A stretch of DNA of 64,000 bases. Source: Squalus acanthias. Taxonomy: Eukaryota. The notes under the pieces are model-generated. The model did no database searches. It was given only the letters and a program-made list of their open reading frames with translations, and was not told the origin of the DNA. A program made the translations under genes and the position numbers. This document shows, piece by piece, positions 24,511 through 38,069 of the stretch. The stretch's first letter is position 1; each line of letters opens with the position of its first letter. The stretch spans positions 112,408,001-112,472,000 of the forward strand of contig CM059432.1 in assembly GCA_030390025.1 (NCBI GenBank), in the 5' to 3' direction.

Positions 24511-25006
24511 TATAAACTCTTAAGGACTAGAAATTGGAGATTTTAGCGCTGGCATGTTTTCGTAAAAAAAAAGTGTCCGCCTCACTTCCGGGGTCCCGCA
24601 GTGGCCTCCATTTTCGGCAGGTCGGCAGCGCTGCCAATGCCTGCGCTCGCTGGGGATATTTAGATTAGGCAGATCATGACGTCAGTGAGTGTGCAATGCT
24701 CACCTGATGCCCGATCTGCCATTTTCGGGTTCGCCGCTCCACTGACCGGCCTGCGTTAATCACGACCTGCTGAGCTAGCGTTCAGTAGCAGGAAGGAGCC
24801 TCCAGCAGTGCTATTTAAAAGGATCATCAGCAACAACTTGCAGCTGACATGGTTTTTCAGTTTGAATGGCTCTGTGTAACTTTCTGCAGCTCTTGCAGCT
24901 TTCTAAACATGTTTCAAGTTCCTAAGGGGACAGGGAGTGTTGGTGCAAGTGGAGAACGCCTTCATTCTTATTTAAAGGCTTCTGCTCACAACACTTGCTC
25001 ACAGTC

Positions 25007-26132
25007 ATGGGGACGCTACTTGCAATCCCCCTTGTGCTCGAGTGTCTTTGGGAGAGGGAGCAAAGGCAGCGAAGAAGAGAAGATACATGCAGAGGGAGGA
25101 GGAGGAGGGCCAGGACGGCTCTCAACAGGAGGCCTTACCCACCTAGGGTCTTCCGAGAGCACTTCTCTTTCCTCCAATTAAGTGAGGAGCAGTGTATTCG
25201 GAGACTCCGCTTCAGAAGGGAGGTGGTCACAGAACTCTGCCACCTCCTGCAACTGGATCTGCTGCCTGAGAGCAGGCCGACCACGGCTCTCCCAGTGGTC
25301 CTCAAGGTTACCGGGGCCCTCAATTTCTTCACCAGCAGATCCTTCCAGTCTGCAGCAGGAGACATAGCCAACATTTCCCAGTTCGCCGTCCATCGCTGCA
25401 TCCGCGAGGTCACTGAGGCTCTCTACACCAGGAGAAGGGACTACGTTGTCTTCTCTCTGAGCAGAGAGAAGCAGGACAAGCGTGCATGTGGCTTTGCCAG
25501 GATAGCAGGCTTCCCCATGGTGCAGGGCGCCATCGACTGCACTCACGTGGCTTTGCGGGCGCCGTATAACAATCCTGAGATCTTCCATAACTGCAAAAGC
25601 TACCACTCACTTAATGTGCAATTGTTGTGCCCAGTGCATCCTGATGGTGAATGCTTGCTAACCTGGCAGCAGTCATGATGCCTTCATCCTGCGTCAGCAA
25701 TCTTTCAGCCACCACATCAAACCCGAGGGTGGCTGCTCGGAGACAAGGGCTAACCACTCTGCACCTGGCTCATGACTCCCCTCTGTAATCCCACTACTCA
25801 TGTCCAGCACTCATGTAATGAGAGCCGTGCTGCCATCAAGAACATCATCAAGCAGACCATCGGCCTGCTAAAGCAACGGTTCCGCTGCCTTGACCGATCG
25901 GAAGGAGCCCTCCAGTAGTCGCCGGAGCAGATGTCCCATTTCCTGGTAGTCTGCTGCATGCTTCACAACTTGGCCATCATAAGGGCGCAGCCATTGCTAG
26001 CAGAGATTCTGAGACCACCTCAGGAGGAGGACGAGGGAAAGGAGAAGGAAGAGGAGGATGAGGAGGCAGGCAGCAAATCCCCGTTCCAGACAGGCTGTCC
26101 GTGAACGAATCATCAGACTCCAATTCAAGTGA
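25007..26132 (+). pseudogene. Harbinger (HARBI1-like) DDE transposase pseudogene
   Basis: RRPYPPRVFRE, CIRRLRF, GFPMVQGAIDCTHVAL, YHSLNVQL, GSSHDAF, WLLGDKG*PL, QTIGLLKQRFRCL, CCMLHNL. Has a frameshift and stops. Confidence 0.92.
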
Positions 26133-26299
26133 ATGAAACCCCAGATCCCCGTTGCTCACCACATCTTCATCATACCATCCCTCTGTCACAGAACATCACA
26201 GCGTCCTCCTGGGCACAAATGAGAGCCACCACAAAACAAACATTCCAAACAATATTAATAAATTTATCAGTAATCAATTAACATTATAATATCAACTAA

Positions 26300-28042
26300 T
26301 CACCCTTGTGCAATCCCTTAGTGCCTGTCGTTCGTGTGCCTTTTCCTACTCTAGTGCTCCTATGCAGTGCTCGCCCAGTGGCTGCAGCATGGCTGGTAGA
26401 ACGCTGCTGAGTGTCCGTGCAGGAGACTTCAGATGGCCTTGCAAGTTGCCCTCACCAGCTCTGGGCCTGGAAGGCCTGGTTGTAGACTGCACCACCTCGG
26501 CATGGGCAGCAGCAGTCTGGGCTGGCTGACAGGCAGTGGCAAAGGCAGTGGCGGAGTGGCAGTGGTGGGAACAGGAATGCTGTCATCCTGAGAGAGGACA
26601 GCAGGTTCCTGCTCCACTGACCCACTGCCACTCCCCCCGGGGCGGCACCTCAGCATTTCTGGCAATCTGTTGGAGGACGGATTGCTGACCTGCTGTGACA
26701 CCCTGCAAGCCACTTTTGACACTGGTAAACCCAGCCACGATAGCAGCAGTCTGAACTTGGGTAAAAGCAAGCTGAGCCTGCAGGAGAGCAGTCTGAGCTT
26801 CCACTGTAGCACTGAGACGTTGGGTTGCTTCCGCCTGTGCTGCAATGGAAGCCGCGACATCGCCCATCACACGCAGTATCATGTCTGGGTCGACACGGTC
26901 TCTCCTGGAGTTGTCCATCATTTCCAGCATGGAAATCATGGGCTCCAAGCTCTGCACAAAGCCCCATGCAATGTTGGAGCTGGACTCCTCCATGTTCCTT
27001 GACATTGCACCCAGCATTTCAGTGTGCATGCCCATCACCCTTCTTCTGAAGGCCGCCCCATCGAGATCCTCATCTGAGTTATGTGCTGCAGAACGTGTGT
27101 GCGAACCTGCCCTCCGCGGAGCTGGCCCCCGAGCCACCCTTTCCCGCTGGCCTGGCTGCAGCCCAGTCATGCCTGGTGCTTCACTCTCCTCCATGACTTT
27201 AGGGACAGGTTGTGCTGGTGGCACTTCTTGGGTATCTGAAAGCAGAAAGGCACAAGGATCGGGTTGTGGTGAGGGGAGGAAGGAAAGCAAGATATCCATG
27301 CATACACCATCAGCAGCTTGTAAGTGAGAAGAGATTGTGGGATGAGGTGGAGGTGAGATATGAGAAGAAGGATTAGGAATGAGCAGACCATTATTGGCCC
27401 CAAAGGCTTCAACTTCTCTTGTTGCCATGGCTTCGGCGACTTCCCCTCTAATGACGTCGAGCGCCGACTCTTCCAGTTGGTGCAAGGTAAGTAAAGCAGC
27501 TTGGCTGCCTCCCGTTTGCCATTGTTCCTGGTGGCTGTGAGCCACCTTGGCCTGCAATAGAAAGGGAAGTGTGTGAGTGAGTCTTGTGCAATATGTTTTG
27601 GTGAGGTGCCTGCCATAGTTGAATAGCTGTCAGTGTGTGCAAGGCATGAGATTTGGGTGTGAGTGTTGCAGCAGTGGTAAGGTTGTGAGGGTGAAGTGAA
27701 GCTCTGAGGTGTGAATGGTGATAGGTAGAGATTGTTGGTAGGTGAGTGCTGGGGGTGTGGTGCAGATGGTGGGATATGGCATTTGCTGAAGCCTTCACTC
27801 ACCTTGACCTGCCGTGTGAGGTCATTAAACTTCTTTCAGCACTGGATCCACGCCCGCGGTACGACACTGTTGCGGAGTTAGCTATCTCTTGCCAGAGTCT
27901 TCTGGAAGTGTGCTTTGATGGCTTCCTGCCACCCTGCGGGAACAGGACAACCCCGCCTTCTCTCTGCTGCCACTACCAAGGCCTCGAGAGCAGTATCCGA
28001 AAACCTTCTGGCTCTCTCTCTGTGTTACTGTGTTACCACCAT
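26300..28042 (-). pseudogene. Harbinger Myb/SANT-like gene, spliced, disrupted
   Basis: Exon 1 RERARRFSDTALEAL..FNDLTRQVK|gtgagt. Exon 2 AKVAHSHQEQWQTGG. Long coiled-coil last exon (ORF 26583-27557). Ends approximate. Confidence 0.72.
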
Positions 28043-28463
28043 GTGTTCAAATAGCAATGACAATGAGCTGCTGCTGCATCAAAGCACCTCCCCTTTAATT
28101 AGAGCAGAGAGCCTAGACCAAACGTTACTGGCCATTAGACTGCACCCGATATTGACCCACCTGTTGAGCGCTAAGCCAACCAGCAGCGCGTTTAGCGCTG
28201 AGAGCAGCACTCCAAGCATGTAAATGAGCAGACAGCATGAATTTTGCGTGCTGCCTGCACACTTTGAACGGGCGCAGCCAAATAGCGCTGACCCATGACA
28301 CTGCTCGTTTTCGGGCCATATCCAATTTCTAGGGTTAGAATTTTGTTCAGGCTAAGTGAAACCTAAACACACAGCTGCATCCCAGGATAAAAATGTGGTT
28401 CGCTGTCAAATCTTGTTTGATAACACTCCTGTGAAGCGCCTTGGGAGATTTTACTTCGTCAAA

Positions 28464-31400
28464 GAGCTGCAAAATTCGGCTATGTAGCGACCGTTGTTTG
28501 GGTGCTACGAGTGCCGTTTAGACTCTAAAATGCTGTCTGCGGCACAGGGAGCGTCTGCTGGAAGTATGTAGAATAGGCAGATCATGACGTCAATCAGCAT
28601 GCAACGCTGATTTGACGCCAGCTCCGCCATTTTGGAGCTCAACACTCCAGCTAGCACCCTGTCTTAAGCTTGCACAGCTGAACATGTGTTCAGCAGAAGG
28701 AAGGACCCCCCAGCAGCGCTATTTAAAGGGATCATTACCTTCTTACAGGTTAGTTGCTGATTGATTTTGACTGACTGTTGCTATGATTGTACAAGTGTTC
28801 GGTGGTTTCTAGAGTTCTTTAAAGTTGCTAAAGTCTACAGGGAGTGGTGAAGGACTTTGTCCTGACTTCAAGGATTCTGCACAGACCACTTGCTCCCAGA
28901 CATAGGTGCAGTAGTGGGCATTCCGCTTGGACTACAGCATGACAGGGAGAATGAGCAGAGGCGACACAGAGGAGGACAAGCTGCTGGCAGGGGGAGGAGG
29001 AAGGGGAGAAGGGCTCTCAGCAGGCGGCCATATCCGCCCAGGGTGTTCAGGGAGCAATACTCCTACCTGAACCTCAGCGAGGAACAGTGTGTCAGACATC
29101 TGCACTTCAGTAAGGACGTCCTCCCTAAAATCTGACACCTGCTGCAGCCACAACTGCAACCTCAGAGCAGGGTGAGGACCGCATTGCCAGTGGCTGTGAA
29201 GCTCAATTCCCCATTTACCAACAGTCCCACAAGTTACCTTCTCTCTGTCACTGACCATCAGCATCTGCTTGGCCACAGTGCAAAAATAAAAGACAACACA
29301 AAATAAACATTCCAAACCAAATTTATAAATCAAACCATGCCATATTACATACAAACATCAACTAATCACCCTTGTGCATTCCCTTAGTGCCTGCCTTCCG
29401 TGTGCCTTTGCCTGTCCTAGTGCTCCTACGCAGTGCTACCCCAGTGGCTGCAGACTGGTCTTGGAGGACGACCTCGAGCAGCTCTGGGCCTAGAAGGCCT
29501 GGCTGCAGTCTGCACCATCTCGGCATAGGTGGCAGCAGTCTGTACTAGCTGGCTGACAGGCAACCGCAAGGGCAGTGGCGGAGTGGCAGTGGTGGGAGGG
29601 TGAATGCTGTCATCCTGAGAGGACACCAGGTTCATGCTCCACGGAGCCACTGCCACACCCCCGGGGTGGCGTCTCAGCAATCCTAGTAATCTGTTGGAGG
29701 ATAGATTGCTGGACTGCTGTGACACCCTGCAAGCCCCTTTGAACACTGGTAAGCGCAGCCGTGATGGTAGCAATCTGAGCTTGTGTGGCAGAAGTCTGAG
29801 CTTCCACTGCAGCACCCAGACGTTGGGTGGCTGCAGTTTGTGCTGTATGGAAGCTGAGACATCAGCCATCAGACGCTGCATCATGGCTGGGTCCACAAGT
29901 GTGCGAACTGAGTTGGCCACCACTTCCATGCTGGAAAGGATGGGCTTCAAGCTCTGCGGAAAGCCCTGTGCCAGGTGGTGCTGGACTCCTCTATGCTCCT
30001 TGACATTGACCGCAAGCTTTCTGGCAGGCTTGCAATGCAGCAAGCATTTGTTCTATAGCCTGCCCCATCAAAGTGCTCAACTGAGTCCTGTGCGCAGGTG
30101 CAACCTCGTCCTCCAGGGAGCTGGCACCTGCGCTACCCTTACCCCCTGCCCTGGCTGCAGGCCACTCGTGCCTGGCGTCTCACCACATGCAGATCCCGTG
30201 TCTAAGCTATTCTTAAATTACGCGGAGCGTCAGTATCTGAGCTGGTGGCTGCGAGTGTGAAATTGAGTGACCGTGGTGTGTCTTCATCATTATTGCCTTC
30301 TTCCTCTTCCACCTGTTGCTTTTCCACCACTACCTAGCCAGGTTGCAATTCTTGGGTATCTGAAAGAAGATAGGCACAAGAGTAGGGATGCGGTGCGGGG
30401 GTGGGGGGCGGGGGGTGGGGGGGAAGTAAGAGGTGCATGCTTACACCCTCTGCAACTTTTAAATCAAAAGATGTTGTGTGATGAGGGGCAAGTGGGATGT
30501 GAGAAGGAGGATTAGGTATATGGATACCGTCATCTGTGATGGTTGCGCCAATGATGGTGATCACCGTCTCCTCCTTCGAGGTAATGTCATACAGCCGTGC
30601 CTGTCCCCCGCTGGTTAGCTCCTGCTGCCTCCGATTATGGGCCAACTTGTCCTACAAGAGAGAGGGAAGTATGTCAGTGAGTGTGGTGCAATGTATTTGG
30701 CTGACATGGTTGAATAGCTGGCAGTGTGCAAGCTGTGAGATGTGGGTGTGAGGCTTGCAGCAGTGGTAAGTGTGTGAGGGTGAGGTGAAGCTATGAATGT
30801 AGGTATGAGTCTTATTTAATGGAGATTGTTGGTAGGTGAGTGATGGGGTGTGGTGATTTGAACAGTGGCTGAGGCTAGTGGTGCAGTTGGTGGGATATGG
30901 CATTTGAAGATGAATTCACTGACCTTGCCCACTCGTGTGAGGTCATTAAACTTCTTGTGGCACTGGTTCCAGGCCCTCGGCGCTTAATTGCTGGCACTGA
31001 AATCCATGGCTATCTGCTCCCACTGCCTTCGCAGGGTTTATCTGGAGGGCCTCCTGGCCCCCTGTGGATAGAGGACCTCGCTCCTCCTGTCCACCTCCTC
31101 CACCAAGGCCTCCAGGTCAGCATCAGAGAACCTTGGGGTACGTTCTCTCCCCTATTGCGCCATAATTCAGTCGTCTTCCTGCTCAGACTCTCTTCCACAG
31201 AAATTTCTAGCACCTGCTCCAGCCATTTACGAGGTGCAGGATGGCTTTAAGTAGTGCAGGCTAGCTTTAAGTGGTGCTAACCTCGCAAACTTGGGCCTCT
31301 TGCTGAGGTGTACAGCCACTCAACAGTGTGTTTATCGCTGGCTGCATGCTGCAATCATGTAAATTAGCAAGCAGCACGAAGTTCACATGCTGCCTGCATC

Positions 31401-31473
31401 GGAAGCAAAGGGCGCGGGTTAATCACGTATCGCGATCCCTACGCCCGTTGTTGGGTCTATTGAATTTAGCCCC
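28464..31473. mobile_element. Harbinger, internally deleted: most of the transposase lost, Myb pseudogene on - retained
   Basis: The transposase start (RRPYPPRVFREQYSYLNLSEEQC) stops at ..LPVAVK (~29201) and jumps to sequence matching the region past the stop codon. Myb exons lie at ~29360-31165. Ends AAATTCGG.. / ..GAATTTAGCCCC. Confidence 0.85.
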
Positions 31474-32759
31474 TTTCTGTTTGTAAAAGGCATCTCTAGA
31501 GCTCTAACCCTTTGGGAACTTAATATTTCTAGCAGTTTTTCAAAATACTTCAGATGTTTAGTATCACGAAAGCAGGAACAAAATGGTTTTTCAGTTATAT
31601 GCATATATTTTGGCTTTTTTGTACTTAACGGTAAGATATATCAGTGTTTGGGACTAATATTTCCTACTTTCCACTTTGCGAACCCATTGCCAATATCAGA
31701 ACAGATATGGGACAGAGCTCCCTTTACCCTGCCCCAAAAGTGTGCCTTAACCACAGTTTCAGAAGTGCACCTTTTGTTGTACCAGTGTAATTTTATTTTC
31801 ATTTCCCGCACCAGCTATCCGTATGGCCTCTGAGTGAGATTGTCAGTCTGTGCCAAATAGTGGCTTGCATCTGCTTGGAACTGGGTTGTAACAGCCTGAA
31901 CTATTTGATCTAGCTGGGAGCTTTACTGCCAGCAGAGAGAGGATATTTTCATCCCATCAGCTTGGGTCGCAGTTGAACTCAGGTACTGGAGAAAGAAAGA
32001 TTTGCTGAACTTGTATTTATAGCTAACCTTTCACATCCTCAATACATCCTAAAATGCCTTTCAGGAATTACTTTTAAAGTTTGGTCACTGTTGTTTTGTA
32101 GACAAATACAGCAACAAGCAACAGTATGGGTGTCCTGTGATGACGCTCCCTCCAATTTCCCTTCTCTCACTGTGGGGAAGCACTTAACCTCAGTTCTTCA
32201 TCCTCTCATGGCAACATGCAGATTATAGTTTTACTGCATGGGGAACTGCAGGTGTAAAGCCTGCAGTCTTCAGTGATGCAATTTTTAGGTGGGTAAATGG
32301 GTGTGGGATATCGGTGCTGGGAATGGAAATGTTTTCACGTTTTGCAGCTTGGCATCAAACACTCCCAATTCAGGTATAGCTGGAAATAGCTGCAAACATC
32401 TCCCCCAACATTGTACCTTAACTCAATCTGGTCAGGCCAAATGTGTTGTCATTTCTTTGTAATTTAGGCGAGCTTCCATTTCCCACATTAGCTATCCTTA
32501 TGGTCTCTTTGAGTGAGTTGCCAATTTAATGGGAATTATAGACAGTTTTGTGCGATAGACTTTCACTTACTAAGAACTGGCAAAATGAATATTGTAAGAT
32601 GCTTTCAGTTAGCAGAGAAAGGAGACTTTCTTCCTATTAGTTGGAACTGAAATCAAACCCAAGTGGCAGAAATGAAATGATGTTGTGCTCGCCTGCCATG
32701 CCACCCAGTTCCCATTCAAGCTTTGTAGTAATAAACATGTTTTTGAAGCTTGCATAGGT

Positions 32760-33600
32760 GAAACATAGGAACATAGGAACAGGAGTAGGCCATTCAGCCT
32801 CGAGTCTGTTCTGCCATTTAATTGGATCATGGCTGATCTGTAGCTAAGGCCAATAAATGTAGTTGAGGTACAGATCAGCCATAATCTAAATGAATAGCGG
32901 CAGAGGCTCAAGGGGATGAACGGGCTACTCCTGTTCATAAGTTCCTATGTACCTCAACACAATTTATCTGTCTTTGACCCATATCCCTTGATACCATTAC
33001 CGAATAAAAATCTGTTGATCTCAGTCTTGAAAATTTCAATTGACCCAGCATCCATAGCCTTTTGTGGGGCGGTGGGGGGGGGGGGGGGGGGTGGGTGGAG
33101 CGGGGGGAAAAAGTGCTTCCTGATTTCACTCCTGAACGGCCTGGCTCTAATTTTAAGATTGTGCCCCCTTGTTCTGGAATCCCACACCAGAGGAAATAGC
33201 TTCTCTGTATCTACACTATCAAATCCTTTTGTCATTTTAGACAGCTCAATTAGATCATCCCTCAACCTTTTAAACTCAAGGAAATACAACCCAATTTTAT
33301 GCAACCTGTCTCAGAATTTAACCCTTTTAGCTCCGGTATCATTTGGTGAATCTACACTGTACCCTCTCTAAGGCCAATATATCCTTCCTGAGCTACACCG
33401 CCCAGAACTGAATGTACTGTTCCAGCTGGGGTCTGACCAAAGTTCTGTACAACTGAAGCATGACTTCCTTCCCTTTGTATCCCAATCCTCTTGAGATAAT
33501 GGCCAACATTCCATTAGCCTTTTTGATTTATTTTTGTACCTGTGCTCTATCTCTTCGTGATTTGTGTACCTGGACACCCAAATCCCTTTTGCTCCTTCAT
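32760..33600 (-). mobile_element. CR1 LINE 3' fragment with a rearranged, inverted tail
   Basis: ORF 32954-33304 LEFKRLRDDLIE..SRTRGHNLKIR. Tail present in both orientations at 32760-32950. Confidence 0.85.
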
Positions 33601-33763
33601 AGTTTTTGTCTAGGTGAGCGTTTAAAACTAAAAATTGATTGTCTCAGTACAAACTCTGAAATTATAAGGCTCAAAAGCTCCAGGGACTACTTGAAAAAAA
33701 GTTTTGTAAATTCTGATGTGATGTTCTGTTTCTGACAGTGAATACTAAAACCCTGAGATCTTT

Positions 33764-34509
33764 GGGCGGGGAAATTCGGTATTGACCATTTTGGGGCGCT
33801 AACATTGCCTGGGCGCTAACTTTAGCGCCCGGAAGTAATTAGCGCCGGCGACCGCGAAATTGAGTTTTAGTGCTCCAAGAGGGAAGCGAAGAGCTAAATC
33901 AAGCGCTCCACTTCCTTCTTAGGGCGCTAACGTCGGAGAGTGAGGTGGAGACTTCAGCAGCGCTGCACACTGGGCTGTGCAGCGCTGCCACGTTCAAAGA
34001 CTCCTTCCCTCCCTTAAAGGGAAGGACCATCCCTGCAATAGAAAAATTACTACCTGGACCACCAAGGCAGCCGCGATCCCGTGCGATCAGCCTGGCACTC
34101 AAGCAGAGTGCTGGGCTGATCGATCGCGTGCAGGAACCCACGAAAAAAGCTAGAACAGGAAAGGTAAGTATTTTTCCACTTACTTCGGCCACCTCGCCTT
34201 TAATCATCGCCCCCGAAGCAGCCGGCAGCCCGATGCACACCTCCTGCAGCTGTCGGTGTTTTCGACCAGTGCTGCTGTAGGAGGCGGATGTCAATTTCAG
34301 TTCCGGGGCGCTACCAGGGCGATGCGCACGGCGATGATGTCACGATCTCCGGGCGAAAGAGATGGGGGCACAACGCCGTAGCGCCGCTGCAAAACTCCCA
34401 CCGAATATGGCGGGAGTCGATGTCAGCGCCGCGCCCGGTCGCAAAGCCATTTGTGCCCGGTTAGCGGGGGCGCTAATGGGAGGCGCAAAGGCACCCAATT
34501 TCACCCCCC
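33764..34509. mobile_element. CpG-rich non-autonomous Harbinger-type element (MITE)
   Basis: Ends GGGCGGGGAAATTCGGT / ACCCAATTTCACCCCCC. Many AGCGCY/GGCGCT subterminal motifs. No recognisable coding domain. Confidence 0.7.
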
Positions 34510-35461
34510 ATTGGTGTTCTGTTTAGTGCATTTCAATGTCAAGCTGCTTTCCTGCGGTGGATCATGTCCAGAACATCATCTCATCCACTAACATTACAAA
34601 CTTTGAGTTCTGTTCTACCGCAGTCTAGATGACCCCTGTCTTAACATGATGCTTATTTTAACACCTACCATTACTCTTCCAAACATCAGTAAGCTGTGCT
34701 TCCTGGCAGGTGGTTAAAGAACTGCTCACTGTTTGGCTTTATTGGGCTAAGTAATGAGCAATCAGCACCATGAAAAATAGAAATTAAACCTTTGCTAATT
34801 TTATAAATAGAATATTTAGGTCAGCTGATTAATGGTTTAAACTCCAGGTTGTCATTTCTTTATTCCATCTTTCTCATTTTATAAAATTACTCAAGGATGA
34901 TGTAGAGAATATTTCTTACAAGTTGATTTAAAAACAGGTGGTCATTGGAAAGGATAAGCCATAAAAACCTTTTTGGCTTCTGTGCCTGAAAGGACTTGTG
35001 TGTATATATAATTTTAAGAACTGGCATTAAAACTTACTCCCTGTAGTTATCAGCAAAATGGTCATTTATCACTAATATGCTTACAAAATAGTCTTGATTC
35101 TCTCTAACTAGCAGCTATGGGAGAAGTGGTTGACATGCTGTCACAGTAGGTTGAATTTTGTCCACGTGCCTGAAATGTGTAGTAACTAGCACAACAGTGG
35201 ATGAAGGTGAGAAATTAAATCATATATGCAAAGAGGTGTGAGTAGGGAACTGATTGTGTACAGAATTACAGAGAGTATGTAAATCAGAGAGAACTCTCAG
35301 CACAAAATGCTAAATGTCCAACTTGTTACAGCTTTAAGGAATGCCTCATTGTACAGGAGTGTATTTGGGAGTATTTTTACTGCTTGCAAATTGATAATTT
35401 ATTCAGAAAAAAAATAATTATACACATGAATTATAAATGAACAACTGGTTTTGCACACATT

Positions 35462-36223
35462 GGCTGGAATTTAAATTTGGAGGCGGGTAGGCTGCAATGC
35501 AGTCAGGAAACCCGGGAGAACGGGTTTCCCTCAGGCTCTACCGAATTTAACGCATTTTGTATCTCTGTTTCACGTCCGCAGCCAGCCAGCTGGAGAGGCT
35601 GGCTGGCTGTCGGGCGGGTAGGCCTGTGGCAGCAGGCCACAGAGAGGAGGGAGGGAGGGATCGTGAGGGTGGGGGTCGGAGGGTGGTCGGAAGGCTGGAG
35701 GAGGGAGGTCGGAAGGCCGGAGAGGGGATCGAGGGCCAGAGTGGAGAGGTCAGAAGGCCGGAGGGGGGATCCGGAGTGTGGAAGGCCGGAGGGGGGAATC
35801 AGAGATCGGAGGCCGTGGGGGTGGGGTGGGGGGTTGGAGGTATGGGGAGATCGGAAGGGTCGGGAGGGGCTTCCGATTGCGGGAGCTGGCGAGGAAGGAA
35901 AGCTGGATCCAGTAGAGTGGAAAGGCACTTACCTCCTCGATCCAGCAGTCCTCGCCTCCCTTTAGCTGGTGGGCTCCCCAGGGCCTGGGAAACCCACCCG
36001 CCCACAGTTAAATTTAAAATGGTGGATCACCATGAGGCACGTAGCTTCATTATAATAAATGCCAACTCGCCTCCTGGGAGCAGGTTGGCTGCCTGCCTCC
36101 ACCCCCCCCGTCCCGCCTCCGCTAAAACTGGAAGTGGGCGGGTTGGGATTAGGATTCAGATGTTTAACTCTTTAACCTCCCTCCCAACCCCAACCCACCT
36201 GTTTTGTGGAGTTAATATTCCCC
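35462..36223. mobile_element. Non-autonomous Harbinger-type element with a GGA/GGATC-rich low-complexity core
   Basis: Left end GGCTGGAATTT..TTTGGAGGCGGG matches the Harbinger/MITE end motifs. Right end degenerate. Confidence 0.55.
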
Positions 36224-36954
36224 TATTGTTCCAAAAATTAATTTCAAAGCCATGTTAAGACTCAACAGACAGAATAAACTGCAATTTTTGCATTCTTTCT
36301 CTGAGATTGTTAATGATGAGTGCTGAGTTATATGGGTTATTTTATTACTCAATCAATCTATCATTAATTTAGGGTCTTAATTGCCCTCCCCCAAGTTAGT
36401 GTGAGTATTATCTTTACACTGGAAAAAATGAATCAGGTTGTAACATTTTGAATAAATGGGCAATATTATTAATCTCTGTGGTACTCTCTTTTGAAATAAA
36501 AAAAAAGCCTCGTGGGAATGCTGACAGACCAGGTTTGTTTCAGTTGTATTGTTAAGAGAACTGGTCAGTGCTGAGACCCATGATGATCTTATCAGGAACT
36601 TTGCATGGTCGCTAACTGTGTGGTCTCTGTACTCAGCGAAGCTAGGCTGATGCTATTTCTGAGGAAAAAACAGATAGAGGTTAAAAGTGTTGAATCACAG
36701 TAGCACAGAACAGGCTGTTAAAGCCTTCAATGCGAAAGACGTGCATTTCCAGTTAATATTAACTAAACCTCCTACATTTTTCTCTTCTCTTTCTGAAGTT
36801 GTCTCATGCTGGGGTACAGTTTCACAGCCATGAACAGCCTCTGGTGTCTTGCCCAAGTGGCTATTCTTCATTGCATGATCAGAAGACTAAATAGAGTTTG
36901 CAGGCTGTACAATCAGAGAGGGGTCATCACAACCAAGATGAATAATGTCTTCAC

Positions 36955-37118
36955 CAATGTTCCCTATAGTTTTTTTTGGGGTGCGTGGCCTCTTTAAACA
37001 GGCTGCGTGGCCCATTCATAATTCCACGCAGGCGCGTTTTTTCCACTTAAAAGCCGGTGAGCCAACTGCATGGGACCTGCAGAGTGCTGCGTGGCTGTGC
37101 AGCTTAACAGGAACATTG
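36955..37118. mobile_element. hAT-type MITE
   Basis: TIR CAATGTTCC / GGAACATTG. 8-bp flanks GTCTTCAC / GTCCTCAG (6/8). Confidence 0.75.
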
Positions 37119-38069
37119 GTCCTCAGCCAGTGCCACACGAGCACTTTCCAGCAGGGGTCATTGGATAGTGATCAGCAGTAGAACCTTAGTGGGCAGTCAT
37201 CTGGGAGGGACTGCTGAATCTGGGTGTAATTGCAGCAGATGGTTTGTGGGACCACTGAGGTTTAAGAATACTTGGTAGTAGCATTTTGGCAGGGCGAGGA
37301 ATTACCTCGGTCAGCAAGGACTTTGGACAGGCGAGCCAAAAAACACCCAGGTTGGGTGGTTGGGCTTAGGGTGGATGGCACAGAGGTGGACTGAGAAGTA
37401 TTCAGGGCAGACAAGGTGGACTGGCAAGCACTCATCTTGAGCAGGTGGATGGATTGGGAAGCACTTGGAGTAGGCAAGCCAGAAAACACTTGGGTTGAGC
37501 CAGCAACCCACAAAGAATTCTGGGTATGTAGGGAAGAGGCAAGGGGCCCAAATACTTAAACTTTGGCCTTCACATTGGGAATAAAATTCAAACCAGAATA
37601 TGTTCCAGATGAGCAACATGATTGGGAGACTGGGAGGAGTTTCTAAAGAACAGAAAGTTGGCACATGACTTCTTTAATAAACATAAATTGCACTTACATC
37701 ATTTTTTTCTCTCAAAAAAATTATCTCTCAAAGTTCATGCTTAAGTTGTTTTCATTTTTTTTAACAAAAAATATTACCTTCAGGCATTTCAAACACAGAA
37801 AATAGGATTCTATAGCTAAATTTGATCTTTGTCTTGTAAATTTAACTGTTCCAAATTTCTGGTCTGCTCCAGATATTTCTTTGGGTTTAACTAATCTCTT
37901 TTCTTATGACCAGGAGTTTGCCTGTACTGCTCAATTTCTAGTTATACAAAAATATGACCCAGAGATGTAACAATGGAACCCCCTTGTTATATGAACTGGT
38001 TACCGTAAACTCGCATGTACCCTCGTGCTCTTTTCCAATCGTCTGAGAGGCATAATTATTAACACTTTA

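Larger units (their letters stand above)
24524..28335. mobile_element. PIF/Harbinger DNA transposon, full-length but degenerate: transposase on +, Myb on -
   Basis: Inverted repeat CTAGAAATTGGA (24527-24538) / TCCAATTTCTAG (28321-28332). Two convergent pseudogenes. Confidence 0.88.

Noticed and set aside
24995..25678. Domesticated host HARBI1 gene
   Set aside because: Flanked by TIRs, paired with a Myb gene, multi-copy in the window, and disrupted by a frameshift and stops.
35477..36258. Long G/R-rich and P/S-rich ORFs
   Set aside because: By-products of a GC-rich low-complexity MITE core; no recognisable domain.
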